Source: Macrostomum lignano
Taxonomy: Eukaryota
Length of the DNA: 27,653 nt
Direction of reading: 5' to 3'
Assembly: GCA_002269645.1 (NCBI GenBank)
Contig: NIVC01004994.1
Location: 1 to 27,653 of the forward strand
Shown here: positions 12,641 through 23,600 of the stretch, piece after piece
How the letters are laid out: each line of letters opens with the position of its first letter
Numbering within the stretch: position 1 is the stretch's first letter
The notes under the pieces: model-generated
Told to the model about the DNA's origin: nothing
Seen by the model: the letters and a program-made list of their open reading frames with translations, nothing else
Database searches by the model: none
Translations under genes and position numbers: made by a program

Positions 12641-13191
12641 GGGTCCATGAGATTTGCCCGCCGAGATTTGCCCGCCGAGAATTGCCCGCTGAGATTTGCC
12701 CCGCCGAGTTTTTTTCCCGCAGAGGTTTGCTTTTTTCCTGCAGCGCATTTGGCAGCTACGAGCGTAGATTCTGTCTGCGCTGCCCCCACCCCTCCCAAAA
12801 AATATGTATTTAATACGAGCTATGCAGTTACTATCAAAACGTTTTGATCGGGAATACATGTACCTCTTTATTAAAAGCATTAAAAGCTTTAGTAAGCATT
12901 GGGGAGGCAATGCAGACAAAATCTGCCGCGTGGCCAAATGCGCTGCAGGAAAAAAGCATTGCGGGCGAACCTCGGCGGGAAATTCTCGGCGGGAAATTCT
13001 CGGCGGGCAATTCTCGGCGGGCAATTCTCGGCGGGAAATTCTCGGCGGGCAATTCTCGGCGGGCAATTCTCGGCGGGCAATTCTCGGCGGGCAATTCTCG
13101 GCGGGCAATTCTCGGCGGGCAATTCTCGGCGGGCAATTCTCGGCGGGCAATTCTCGGCGGGCAATTCTCGGCGGGCAATTCTCATGCTCCC
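12641..13191. mobile_element. Foldback/MITE-like non-autonomous DNA element with long inverted arms containing a 14-bp minisatellite
   Basis: Left end GGGTCCATGAGATTTGCCCGCC is the reverse complement (3 mismatches) of right end GGCGGGCAATTCTCATGCTCCC. Internal TTTTTTCCTGCAGCGCATTTGGC has its exact reverse complement near 12934. The centre is AT-rich. No target-site duplication seen. Confidence 0.75.
12972..13183 (+). repeat. Tandem 14-bp minisatellite (TCGGCGGGCAATTC), about 15 copies
   Basis: Read directly. It explains the 14-aa periodic pseudo-ORFs (AGNSRRAILGGQFS) in all frames. Confidence 0.97.
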
Positions 13192-14559
13192 AATTAGTTT
13201 CGCAAATGTGATAAGGTAGTACTTTTCATACTCATGCTTTCTGTTTGGGTACTACCGAGAGGTACTACCGAATAAAATCACTATATACTAGCTAAATAAA
13301 GACTTTATTGTACATGGTTTTTACTCGTATAACAATCGGCCTCCCAAATAATAACAAATCAAGAAATTTACAATAAAAAATGTCTGCAACGATTCCTGTC
13401 AACGTTGGCCAAATAAACGTCGATACAAATCCATGCGGATTATCGGACCAGGGCTGCTGTTGGTGAGTTACAATTCATCGTTTAGGGTTACAATATGCCA
13501 GAAGGGTCACATCAGTCATGAATTTATATCAATCATGGCATTAGCTCGTACATCAGCCAAGAGGTCATATCAGTCAGTTTCAAGTTTGTCATGGCGTCAA
13601 ATCAGTCGGTACATCACATCAGTGATAGATCACAGCATGGGTGGATCCGATCAGTGGTAGATAAAATCAGTGGTGGGTCATATAATTCATGAGATCATAT
13701 TATTGATTTATGAGTTAGAAAGTCAAGCAGAATCAGAAGGTCAAGCAGATGACACCAGCTTCTAATTTCTGTTTGACCCATATAAAACCTCTAACTAACC
13801 TGCTTTTTCCTTATATTTGCTTAACAGCTGTGTTATCCTGCGTCAACCAGGGTCGGGTCCGAAATCGGGAATTCCTGATGCTCAAGGTCGGCAAGTGGCA
13901 ACTACACTCGACAAAGTCCATCTGCAACTGAAGGCAATTGAAGTTATCTTCGATTGAAATTGATATTATGAATCAAGTGCAGAGGACGCACTTTTTTTTC
14001 CAAATCTCACGCTCGTACATGGATTCCAAACTTGTTAGCCTACTATCAGCAGGCTATGGGTATTTTTCTTTTTATATGTAATTTTCCCAGAATTCATTCT
14101 ACTTGTAGTCATTATACGCTCCTAACATAGGCGCGGTTTTTGCTACTTTTAGGGTCATAAATCATGGCTTGTGAGCATGCCTGACAGCCACCTGCGCCTT
14201 ACTTTTAGTGTTGAGGCTGGCGCCAGATGGTCTGTGGGGATGCGGGCGGTTGGCTTTTTTCTCACCACCATTTTTGACAGGCTATCAGATTTATGAGGTC
14301 AGGGCCTATTGTTATTGTTCACTCAAGCGTTTGACAGCTCTGACAGCTTTACCCCTTTTTTACCCCTAAAAGTACTTTGGGATTAGCGATTAGCGATTTT
14401 TCTTAACCATCTTCACTTTCAACTCAATAAGACCTTTCTAATGCATATTTTTTCATTAATTTTTTTGTAATTCCTACGCGAAAGGTCATAAATCATTATG
14501 TAGCGATTTTGAGTGATTTATGGTGACACCTGGCGTATTTTTATGGCCCCGAGGGAACT

Positions 14560-15550
14560 GATAGGATCCTTTGGTCATGTGAGTTTGAGTGGCAACAAGC
14601 TCAGCCAATCAGAAAATTCGACGTCAGTTATAACAAATCGGCTCAGCCAATCAGCGTCGAGGTGTTCCATTTTAACAAATTGCGGTACAGTTGGCGGCTA
14701 TTTAAACCGGCGTTTTTGGTCCGCACTGTTCTACCCCCTTTGGGCTCCCGGGACTCGACCCCCTTTACGTTGGCGGCTCCCATTCCGGAGTCACGACCGT
14801 CGTCTCTTGATCCCCGGATTTCGACAACCCCCCCTCATCATCAAGGATGTCTCCCTCAGTCGATTGCTTCAAACATCGAGTTTAAGAACATCACCTGCTA
14901 GCTATCTGCAGCGATTGTGACAGCATCATCCCGGGCCTACAGCTGCGAAGCACTAAGCCGATTCGGTCACTGTGGATTACCTGGTCTCCGGCTGTTGAGT
15001 TTCTGATTGGTTGGGCGAGAGGCTACCTAGACTTGCTCGATTAGGTGATTCCTTATCTGTCCCCTATTTCAGTAGCTAGATTAGGCGCACACTTTTGCTC
15101 ATTTTGTTCAATAGTGCTGTTATTGGGGCAGAAATCATTCAATAATACTGTTAGTAGTCTCATTACTCCGATTCAATCTGACGTGTGCAGTGATTCAGCG
15201 AGAAGGTTAAATCTGGTAGTTGTTTTTATCAGTTTTATTTCTTTGTTCGCCGATGGCTCAGATGAGAAGCTAGGCTAGTAGCTAGGCGCCGGTCGCAGTG
15301 GACCAATGGCAAGGCAGCTCTCAGTCGATCCATTTGTCAAATCAGATAGCGAAATTGTCAATAGTGCAAGATCGGCGCTAGAGATGTACTCTGTGCACTC
15401 TAAATTCGCCAAGGGGCTCGGGTAGTGAATCATGCGATCTCTAAAGTTCGAGTTAGTCTATCATCAGCGCTACGAGAGGCTGGTTAGCACGTTGAAGGCC
15501 AAAAGTACAATTCTTCGTATTTAGCAATGTAATAGTGCATGTAGCTACCC
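14560..15550 (+). repeat. Old dispersed repeat copy of unknown class with CCAAT/TATA-like motifs
   Basis: 14960-15400 aligns by eye (roughly 70%) with 18545-18681 joined to 27310-27600. CCAAT boxes near 14604 and 14646, and CTATTTAAA near 14698. Boundaries are approximate. Confidence 0.55.
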
Positions 15551-15553
15551 CAT

Positions 15554-15882
15554 AGGCTCGCCACCGCAAGAATCCCCTGCACAAGTCCCCTCTGTCCCTG
15601 CATGGCCAATGCGATCAAGTCCCAGCAGTGTCCCTTATCATCGGCTATGACTTCGATATTGACAGCAAAAAGACACTAGTTGGCAGGTAAGTGCAAAGCC
15701 CCTTCTAGTCGGAAGCCCGATTTCGAAAGTTCCGGTTTGGTGAGCCAGGGCGCACGGGCTGGTGGCAGCGGGGTGGTTAGTCTGCGGATTAGCTGACCTC
15801 TACCTTCAAAATTCTCCCTGCTTGTCTCTCGCTGTCCCTCTCTTAGCTATAGGACCTAGACTGCTCGCCACACGATCAAGCT
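15554..15882 (+). repeat. ~330-bp repeat, left copy of an inverted pair with 17833-18160
   Basis: Its reverse complement aligns over the full length with 17833-18160 (roughly 85% by eye), e.g. GATCGCATTGGCCATGCAGGGACAGAG and CACCAAACCGGA. Confidence 0.9.
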
Positions 15883-16519
15883 GTGTCGAAGTGCTGAAAT
15901 TTCGACTCGATGATGCAAAACTGGGTATTACGATAAAAAATAGATTGTTGGTTGTCACTTTTTTCGTTTTGTCTGGTGTGCAGCTCTTTAAAGGCATGAA
16001 TATATAGTCTTATTTTAGACGTATTTAGTCTATGAGCTTCATATTAGTAGTATAGTGCAGTCAGAAGCGACTTTATATTCAAGTACGAGTAGGCTATCTG
16101 AAATACAATAATATTATTCCTTTTCAAAGCAAGCCTGTTATCGAAAATATTTCGAAAAGCCAGTTTGCCTAGCGAGTAGGACTCAGATTTGAGCATCTGA
16201 TTAGGAATCTCCCGACATTGAATCACCTTCATTGAGAATCTAGAATTTTCAATCCAATGCAGATTGTATCCGGGTTATCAGAAAACGATCAGCTTTGAGA
16301 AAATTTCGGAATCATCCAATTCTATTGGGTTACCTGCCACTTGGGTTACGATCTACCTGCAGAAAAGTAAGCTCATGATTCCTAGCAACAGGCAATAACA
16401 GTTGTTAAACAAACGCTTGGGTGATATTTTCGATAAAAGCAGAAGCTCTCTTTCCAGAAGCGCTTTCCAACCCTGATCGCAATTTCACATTCAAAGTACG
16501 ATTGTTTCTAAACTGCACA

Positions 16520-17249
16520 ATGAAACTCTTCGTTCAATTCAATCTGTTGCTAATATTTGCGCTAGCTCAATCGAAGGGGAGTGATTTAACCCAGCTATTC
16601 CACCTGATCCACGGATATCTGTGCATCAATGACGAGTTTATCGAGATTGCTTTCAGTAGTCGCTCGGAAATTGGTTGCGCTTTCGAATGCTACAACAACG
16701 AGCGTTGTCAGGCTTTCAGCTTGGCTGACGGTCCGTGCCAGCAAGTCGGTGAAGAACTGCAGCTGCACAAGGAGAGGTCAGGTGATGCTGAAGCAGCAGC
16801 CGGGACTCCGGCCGGGCACACTATGTCCGTCTGGCTACGTCGACGACCTGTGCGGGGTGAAGTACAAGCTGCACTCTGACGAACAGGACTACTGGTGGCC
16901 AAGCAGGCAGAGATGCGAGTCAGAGAGCGGTCTGGTGATCATGGCCGACGTGATGGACGCGGCTGAGATGGACCACGTTGATAAGATCTATGACAACCAG
17001 AGTTCAAGTGCAAATTTCTGGCTCGGTGGCTACCAACCGGCTGGCAGTCAGGAGAAGCGAGGCGGCTGGTACTGGGTCGGCTGCAACATCACTGTTGACG
17101 ACAGTCTGTGGAATGCTCGAGAGCCTGACAACTACGGCCCAGTCGGCGAGAATGTCATCGGACGAGCCAGGCATTCCAGGCTGTCAGACTTCTGGGAGTC
17201 CGTGAATAAGTTTAATGTGTTATGCGAGTGCCTCTCACCATTCGAATGA
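16520..17249 (+). CDS. Secreted PAN/apple + C-type lectin protein, apparently intronless, with one frame break (sequencing error or pseudogene)
   Basis: ATG at 16520 gives the signal peptide MKLFVQFNLLLIFALA and a PAN-like SRSEIGCAFECYNNERCQAFSLADGPC. A different frame carries the CTL domain (CPSGY...QRCESE...FWLGG...WYW...WNAREPDN...VLCEC) to TGA at 17249. AATAAA at 17680. Confidence 0.75.
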
Positions 17250-17832
17250 GCTGGTGGGCATTGACCGCACACGATTATATAAAAAACAGCTTTTTTGTTC
17301 GATAAATGTTTTGTTTCTATTATATTTTAAATGGAGCCCGCCTGTTTTTAAACCTAACTCTGAGTTTTGGCGACCTTTAGCTATAAAACTTTGCTGTGAA
17401 ATTTTGTACTTTTATGTTTGAACGGGGTTCAGCCCGTGACGCACTTCGTTTTTCGATACTAGCGGCTCAAAAGATTACCAAGGATATTTTTTTAAAGTTT
17501 GTTATAGTACGAATGTTTTTTTACTATTTTATTGTATTTTCACTGGTTATTTTTGACGTTTAAACATGTATGTGTTTGTTTTGTTTTTTGTTTTTATTTG
17601 TGTTTTTGCTGAACTAAATTACCCTTTTATTTCCCTCAGCTAAATGTATACTATGTACTTTCTATAACTGTCACTTATCAATAAAGCAGCCTCTCGTTAA
17701 TTTAATTTTTACGTTTAATAGCAAGTTGATGGGCTCGGCCTTTTTAAGCCTGTAGCTTCGGGCCTCAGAACTCAGAAATGAATCACTGAGAGCTCTGGCC
17801 TCTCACTCCTGTCAGATGGTCAGCCCCGTGGT

Positions 17833-18160
17833 AGCTAGATTGTGGGCGAGCAGCAAGGTCCTATAGCTAGGAGAAGACAGCGAGAGACAAGCAGGGAGAA
17901 TTTGAAAGGTAGAAATTAGCTAACCCACGGATTAACCAACTTGCTGCCACCAGTCCGTGCGCCCCGGCTCACCAAACCGGAGCTATCGAAATCGGACTTC
18001 CGACTAGAGGAGTACTGCACTTACCTGCCATCTAGTGTCTTTTAGCTGTCTAAATCTCGAAGTCATAGCCGAATAGAAGGGACGCGGCTGGGACTAAGAT
18101 CGCATTGGCCATGCAGGGACAGAGAGGACTTCTGCAGGGGGTTCTTGCGCTGGCGAGCCT
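17833..18160 (-). repeat. ~330-bp repeat, right (inverted) copy of 15554-15882
   Basis: Direct alignment to the reverse complement of the left copy. Confidence 0.9.
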
Positions 18161-18681
18161 CTGTACACTACTAAATGTACTATTTCAACACCAAATTCAC
18201 AGAAGTACATGCAGTATAAGTATAGCTAGATGAGTCAGCGGAATGGGCAGAATTGCGTTGGGATGATGTCGCAGAAGATGTTGCGCCAGTATATGCCACA
18301 GCCATCTTGAAAAATAAATGGGGTGCCAGCACTGCCTACATGTGTTGGGACTTTTCTGGGCTGACGGGACTACAGTACATGTATCCTGGTCTCCGCATAT
18401 GTACTACAGTGTACATGTAAGTACATGTGGTAGGGTAACATCTACATGTACGTGTGCACTTTGTAGATCGTACAGAGTACAGCATTCAGCACGGGTGTTA
18501 TTGCACGGCTGCAAGTGCTTGGGTTGCACAACTGCACTAATTTAGCTAGCTATGAGCCTTGGCTACCGGCAGATAGGTCCTCTGATTGGTTTGGTGAGAG
18601 GCTCTCTTGACCTGCTTAACTGGGTGCACCCTTTGTCTGACCCCTTCCTAGGTAGTCTGATAGGATTTGCACTTTTGCTTA

Positions 18682-19516
18682 TGTCATGAATGTGTTATGA
18701 CAATGTGCTCTTTGCTTAGTTGCTGCACCGGGCCAGTGGGCCGTCCTCTCCCCCTCCCCCCTCCTTAGATATTTTCTGACTCACTCACCTGCACTTCTGC
18801 GCGTGCGTACCCCTCCCCTCCCTGCCTAGACCTTTTCTGTTGAGTCAACCCCCCATGCTCTGCGTGCGACCCCCCCCCCTGTGCGACCCCGCCCCATTAT
18901 TTTGTTAGCTTTGCTGCCCCGCCCCTGTTTGTGATTGGCTGCCAGTCCCAGTCTGCCGTGCTGCGCCCCGGCGATTGGCTGGTACAGCTCATGCGTTGCC
19001 TTGGCTGATGTCTAAGCCCCCTTTTCTGCCTTTATCCCGCGCCCTCAACCCCCAGTTTGCTGCCTATTTATTCGGCCCCCTTGAGACCCCATTCTCGTCG
19101 TCGTCGTGGCTCCTCGGCGATTGTGCCAGCGTTGGTTGCTGAATTGCTATTCCTCGCAGAATTGCTAGACAAATATATAAGTAAAGAATATCGAGATCAC
19201 CACTGCTCTGACGGCGCTGTTTCTTGTACGACTGAAATCGCGGCTGGTAAGCCTTCCAATTTGCACGTCATTTGGGTCTGCATCTGTACTAGGCACCTTA
19301 GAGGGATTAAGTGCGTCGTACGCCGGTCCCACCCCAAGCAGCTCTGCGTCGTACGCGAGTCTGTAGGCTGTCGTGCGTCGTACGCTCGAGCAGCCTAGTC
19401 CCGACGGACACCGCGTCGTACGCGTGTCAGTGGAGGACCGCAGCCAGGGTCAGTACACGAACCCGGGTCTGGGAAAGGGGCACGAAAGGACCGAGCCCTT
19501 GAGCCCCATCATCACA
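18682..19516 (+). repeat. 5' LTR (835 bp)
   Basis: TGTCATG...CATCACA. It differs from the 3' LTR by one substitution and five single-base indels in C runs. Confidence 0.97.
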
Positions 19517-19519
19517 AAT

Positions 19520-19536
19520 TGGCATCCTTGGTGGGA
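19520..19536 (+). other. Primer-binding site TGGCATCCTTGGTGGGA
   Basis: Starts with TGG 3 nt after the LTR. Its complement reads as a tRNA 3' end (T-stem CCCAC, 7-nt acceptor strand, discriminator G, CCA). tRNA identity is uncertain (Arg- or Asn-like). Confidence 0.85.
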
Positions 19537-19624
19537 CCCTGCGCTGTGGAAGACTAAGCAAGGAACAAAGCTCGAGGCGCGGAATATTGTGAGAAATTAA
19601 GGTTAGAAACTGTGACGCCGTGGT

Positions 19625-20680
19625 ATGGATGCTGGAGGTGCTGCTGGAGGTGCTGCTGGAGGTGCGGCTGGGGGTGCGGCTGGAGGTGCTGCTGGAGGTG
19701 CTGCTGGAGCCTTTGGTGTTAATGATCTGGTCGCCGCTTTGACTGCCCAGATTCAGCAGAACATGCAGCAAGCGGGGGCTCTCAGGATTCAGAGGCCGGT
19801 GAAGTATGCTCCAGGAATGAATTTCGTGAAGTGGTTGAGGCTCTTCGTAGCTTATTGCGATGCCATGCAGATTCCGATGCAGAATCGGCGCGCTCAGTTG
19901 CTCAGCAATCTAGACTTCAGCACATTCCAAGTTGTCGACAACATGAACCTTGGGGACGACTTGCAGTTCGAAGAATTTACCCAGGCCTTGAGGGATAGGT
20001 TCACTATGCACCGTACCGTCGTCGACTACCGCACAGAACTGAGCAATAGAGAGCAGAGCGAGAAGGAGTCGGTAGAAGATTTCTCTGAAGCTGTGATTGA
20101 GTTGGTCGCAAACGCCTTTCCTGATGCGCCTGCCGATGTGCGCGATGATCTTGCGAAAGAGCGATTTATGCGAGGCGTCCGTGCGGGGGTGGCTGTGCGG
20201 GAGCGATTGTACATGAGCCAGCCGGAGACCTTAGCAGACGCGATGCGTCTAGTGCATCAGCTGGAAGCGGCGGTTAGGGCAAGTCACGGTCCACCAGGTC
20301 AGGGATCAAAAAGAGCTACCGTCTGTGCTGTCACAGCTGAGACTAGAAATGAGGCTTCCGAAAGCAGTGAGGTCGAGATGCTTCGAAAACAGCTTGCGGC
20401 CATGGAGATGCGAATGAAAGAGATGGAGGAGCGGAGGTCTGGAGAAGCGGAAGAGCCGACCCCGGCGAGTCGGAAGGCTGTGCAGTGTTTTTCGTGTCGA
20501 GAGTGGGGCCATATCTCATCAAAGTGTCCCAAGAAAACCAGCCAGACAAGTGGAAACGGGAAATCGCCAGTACGATGTCACAAGTGCAACGGTGAAGGCC
20601 ACCTATCCTTCAAGTGTCCGAAGTCGGGAAACGGGCCGAGGGGACCGACCGGGGAGAGTCGGGACCCTGCCAGGAAGTGA
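19625..20680 (+). CDS. gag: Gag polyprotein (351 aa)
   Basis: Retrotransposon-gag-like core (FVKWLRLF...QSEKESVEDF...KERFMRG) and two CX2CX4HX4C knuckles (CFSCREWGHISSKC, CHKCNGEGHLSFKC). Confidence 0.95.
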   Translation: MDAGGAAGGAAGGAAGGAAGGAAGGAAGAFGVNDLVAALTAQIQQNMQQAGALRIQRPVKYAPGMNFVKWLRLFVAYCDAMQIPMQNRRAQLLSNLDFSTFQVVDNMNLGDDLQFEEFTQALRDRFTMHRTVVDYRTELSNREQSEKESVEDFSEAVIELVANAFPDAPADVRDDLAKERFMRGVRAGVAVRERLYMSQPETLADAMRLVHQLEAAVRASHGPPGQGSKRATVCAVTAETRNEASESSEVEMLRKQLAAMEMRMKEMEERRSGEAEEPTPASRKAVQCFSCREWGHISSKCPKKTSQTSGNGKSPVRCHKCNGEGHLSFKCPKSGNGPRGPTGESRDPARK

Positions 20681-23600
20681 AGTCTCCCAGGGGCGAGGAA
20701 CCGGTGTTGCTCACTAACTCTGTAAATAAATCCAAGTGCGTCTCTGGTGATGGGAATTCAAAGAGCAACCTGGTTCATGAGGCGTGTTCGTCGGTATCAA
20801 CGGAGCCTCTGACAGTTTTTATTTCCGGTGCGGTTTCCGGCAAGCCAGTGGCTCTGCTGTTAGACAGTGGTGCGAGTGTGTCAGTGCTGAGCTGTGATGT
20901 TTTCCTGAGGCTGCCGCAAGAGGTGAGGGAGAGACTGACTGCAATGGACGGTTCCCTTTCAACGGCCAATGGAGGTGCGATGAGGATGAGAGGCTGCATT
21001 GTGCTGGACGTGGAGATTGGCGGCGAGCGGTGGTCAGCGAATTTCTTCGTAGTGGACGGATTGCGTTATGATGTCATTCTCGGGTCCGAATTTTTCAAAC
21101 AGCATCGTTGCGTCATCAACTATTCGGAGTTTGTCTTTCGAGTGGGCGATGTTAGAGTTCCGATACGGCAGAAAGGCGAGCTGCCCGTGGTGTGTCGAAT
21201 CAAAGCCGAGACAACGGTATTTCTGGAACCGGCGCAAGAAGTGGTCATGCCAGCCAGGGTAGAGAAAAAGGGCGCAAGAAACTGCGGATCGGTCGGCATA
21301 ACGGAAGAAAAGCCGGTGAAGGCCGCTGAGAAGGATTTGGCGATGGCTCGAGCTCTGGTAGCGCCCGGTGTGGATGGACGGCTGCCGATGAGATTGCTGA
21401 ATACGTCCAGTTGTAGGAAGAGGGTCAAGAAAGGAGAGACGATTGGCTGGTTTATTCCTTTGGAACCGAACGGAGGTATCAACGTGGTGCGCTTGGACGA
21501 CGACGTAGAGGCCAAGAATGAAGCGGAGGCATGGGACCCGATCGAAGAATTCCGCGAGTGGGGTTCATGTGGCCTGTCGGAGGAGGAGGAAGCCGACTTC
21601 AGGGAGCTGATTTCCCAACATCGGGCTGTCTTTGCTAAGGACTCCAAGGATCTCGGCTGTACGACGGTGATGAAGCACGAGATCGACACTGGAGATGCCA
21701 GGCCTGTGAAAGAAGCGGCGAGGCGGATTCCCCCGTACCTGCGGCAGGAAGTGGACAAGGAGTTGGATGACTTGCTGGAAGCTGGGAGAATCAGCGAGGT
21801 TCAGTCCCCATGGTGCTCTCCGGTGGTGTGCGTGAAAAAGAAGGACGGTTCCCTGAGGTTCTGTTGTGACTACCGGAAACTGAATGAAGTGACCAAGAAG
21901 GATGCAGTGCCGTTGCCCAGGACAGATGACCTGTTGGAGAGCCTAGGCGATGCCAAGATTTTTTCGACCATGGACATGCAGTCGGGATACTGGCAGATGG
22001 CGGTGGAACCCAGCGACAGACTGAAGACGGCCTTTGGCGTTTCACACCGGGTACAGCAGTACGCCTGGAACGTTATGCCATTTGGATTGACAAATGCACC
22101 GGCTTCATTCAGCCGGCTAATGAATGTGGTGTTGGGGAAGTTGTGCTGGAAGACGTGTTTGGTGTATCTGGACGACCTGCTAGTGTGGTCAAGAACGGTG
22201 GAGGAGCACCTGGAACGGTTGCAAACGGTTTTTCGACGGTTGCGAGCAGCGAACATCAAACTGAAGCCGAAGAAGTGCGCATTCCTGCTGAAGTCAGTGA
22301 CCTTCCTGGGACACGTAGTGTCAGCTGATGGGATCGCCACGAGTCCAGAAAAGATTGCCGAAATTCGTGACTGGCCAACTCCGAAGAATGTGAAGGAAGT
22401 AAGGTCATTCCTGGGACTGTGCGGGTATTACCGGCAATTCATCGCAGATTTTTCCCGCATTGCTGAGCCGATGCTGCGACGGACCCGACATGATTGCCCG
22501 TGGAGCTGGGATGAGGAGTGTCAAGCCGCATTCGAGGCCCTGAAGGAAAGGTTGCAGGGATCTGAGGTCATGGCGTTTCCAAACTTTGCGGAGGACGCTG
22601 GAGAATTCGTTTTAGACACAGACGGTAGCACAAAAGAAGGAATTGGCGCTGTGCTTTCGCAGGTGCAGAAAGATGGGAGTGAGAAGGTAATAGCTTACGG
22701 AAGCAGGACGTTGTCGCGAGAAGAACGGAATTACTGCACGACACGAGTCGAGTTGCTGGCCGTGGTGTTTTTCGTACAGAAGTTTCGTTATTACCTGATG
22801 GGGCGAGAGTTTCTAGTGCGCACCGATCACAGCAGCTTGAAGTGGCTGCATTCGCTGCGGGACGTAGAAGGACAACTGGCCAGATGGCTGGAACTCTTGG
22901 CTCCGTACAGGTATCGCATCGAACATCGTCCGGGAGTGAAACATCAACACGCGGACGCTCTCTCCAGGAAGCCACGTCGGCGCCATCAAGGAAGCGAGAG
23001 TTGTCCTGGATGTGCACAAGAGCAGATCGGCGTGAACGCGTTGGGATTGCAGAAGTGGACCTCGGAGGAGATCAGAGAGAGCCAGAAGATGGACAGCGAC
23101 ATTCGTCAGGCGATGGAGCTGCTGGCTCACGGCGACGGAGAGATAACCGAAGAGCATTTGCGGCGCATATCACCGACGGCAAGGAGGATTGTCGAAAGAC
23201 GTCGTGACCTTGAGGTGTCGGACAGTGAGGTGTTGCTGTGTCATACGGTCAGTAGACGTCAGCCCAAGTGGTGTTGCCACGGAATATGCTGAGAGCGGTG
23301 CTGGAAGAAGCTCATGGTGGACGGAGTGGAGGGCACGTTGGGATTTTCAAGACCAAGGAGAAGGTGCGGCAATCGTTTTGGAGGCCGGGACTTGGCCGCG
23401 AGGTCGAAGAGCACGTAAAAGCCTGTTTGGACTGCACCAAGGCCAAAGCTGGCAAGAAACCAATTGCACCGATGGAGCCGATTCCGAGTTCAAGCCCATT
23501 CGATATCGTGATGACAGACGTCATCGGGCCGTTGCCACGGAGCAAGAAAGGAAACTTCTACATCCTCACGGTGCAAGATGCGTTCTCAAAGTGGCCTGAC

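Noticed and set aside
12617-13219. Repetitive 98-177 aa ORFs
   Set aside because: They are translations of the 14-bp minisatellite.
13505-13700. Loose recurrence of ATCAGT(C/G) motifs
   Set aside because: There is no stable period; probably a decayed simple repeat.
19057-19398. 113-aa ORF in the 5' LTR (140 aa in the 3' LTR)
   Set aside because: It starts at a non-ATG codon, has no recognisable domain, and its length depends on a homopolymer indel.
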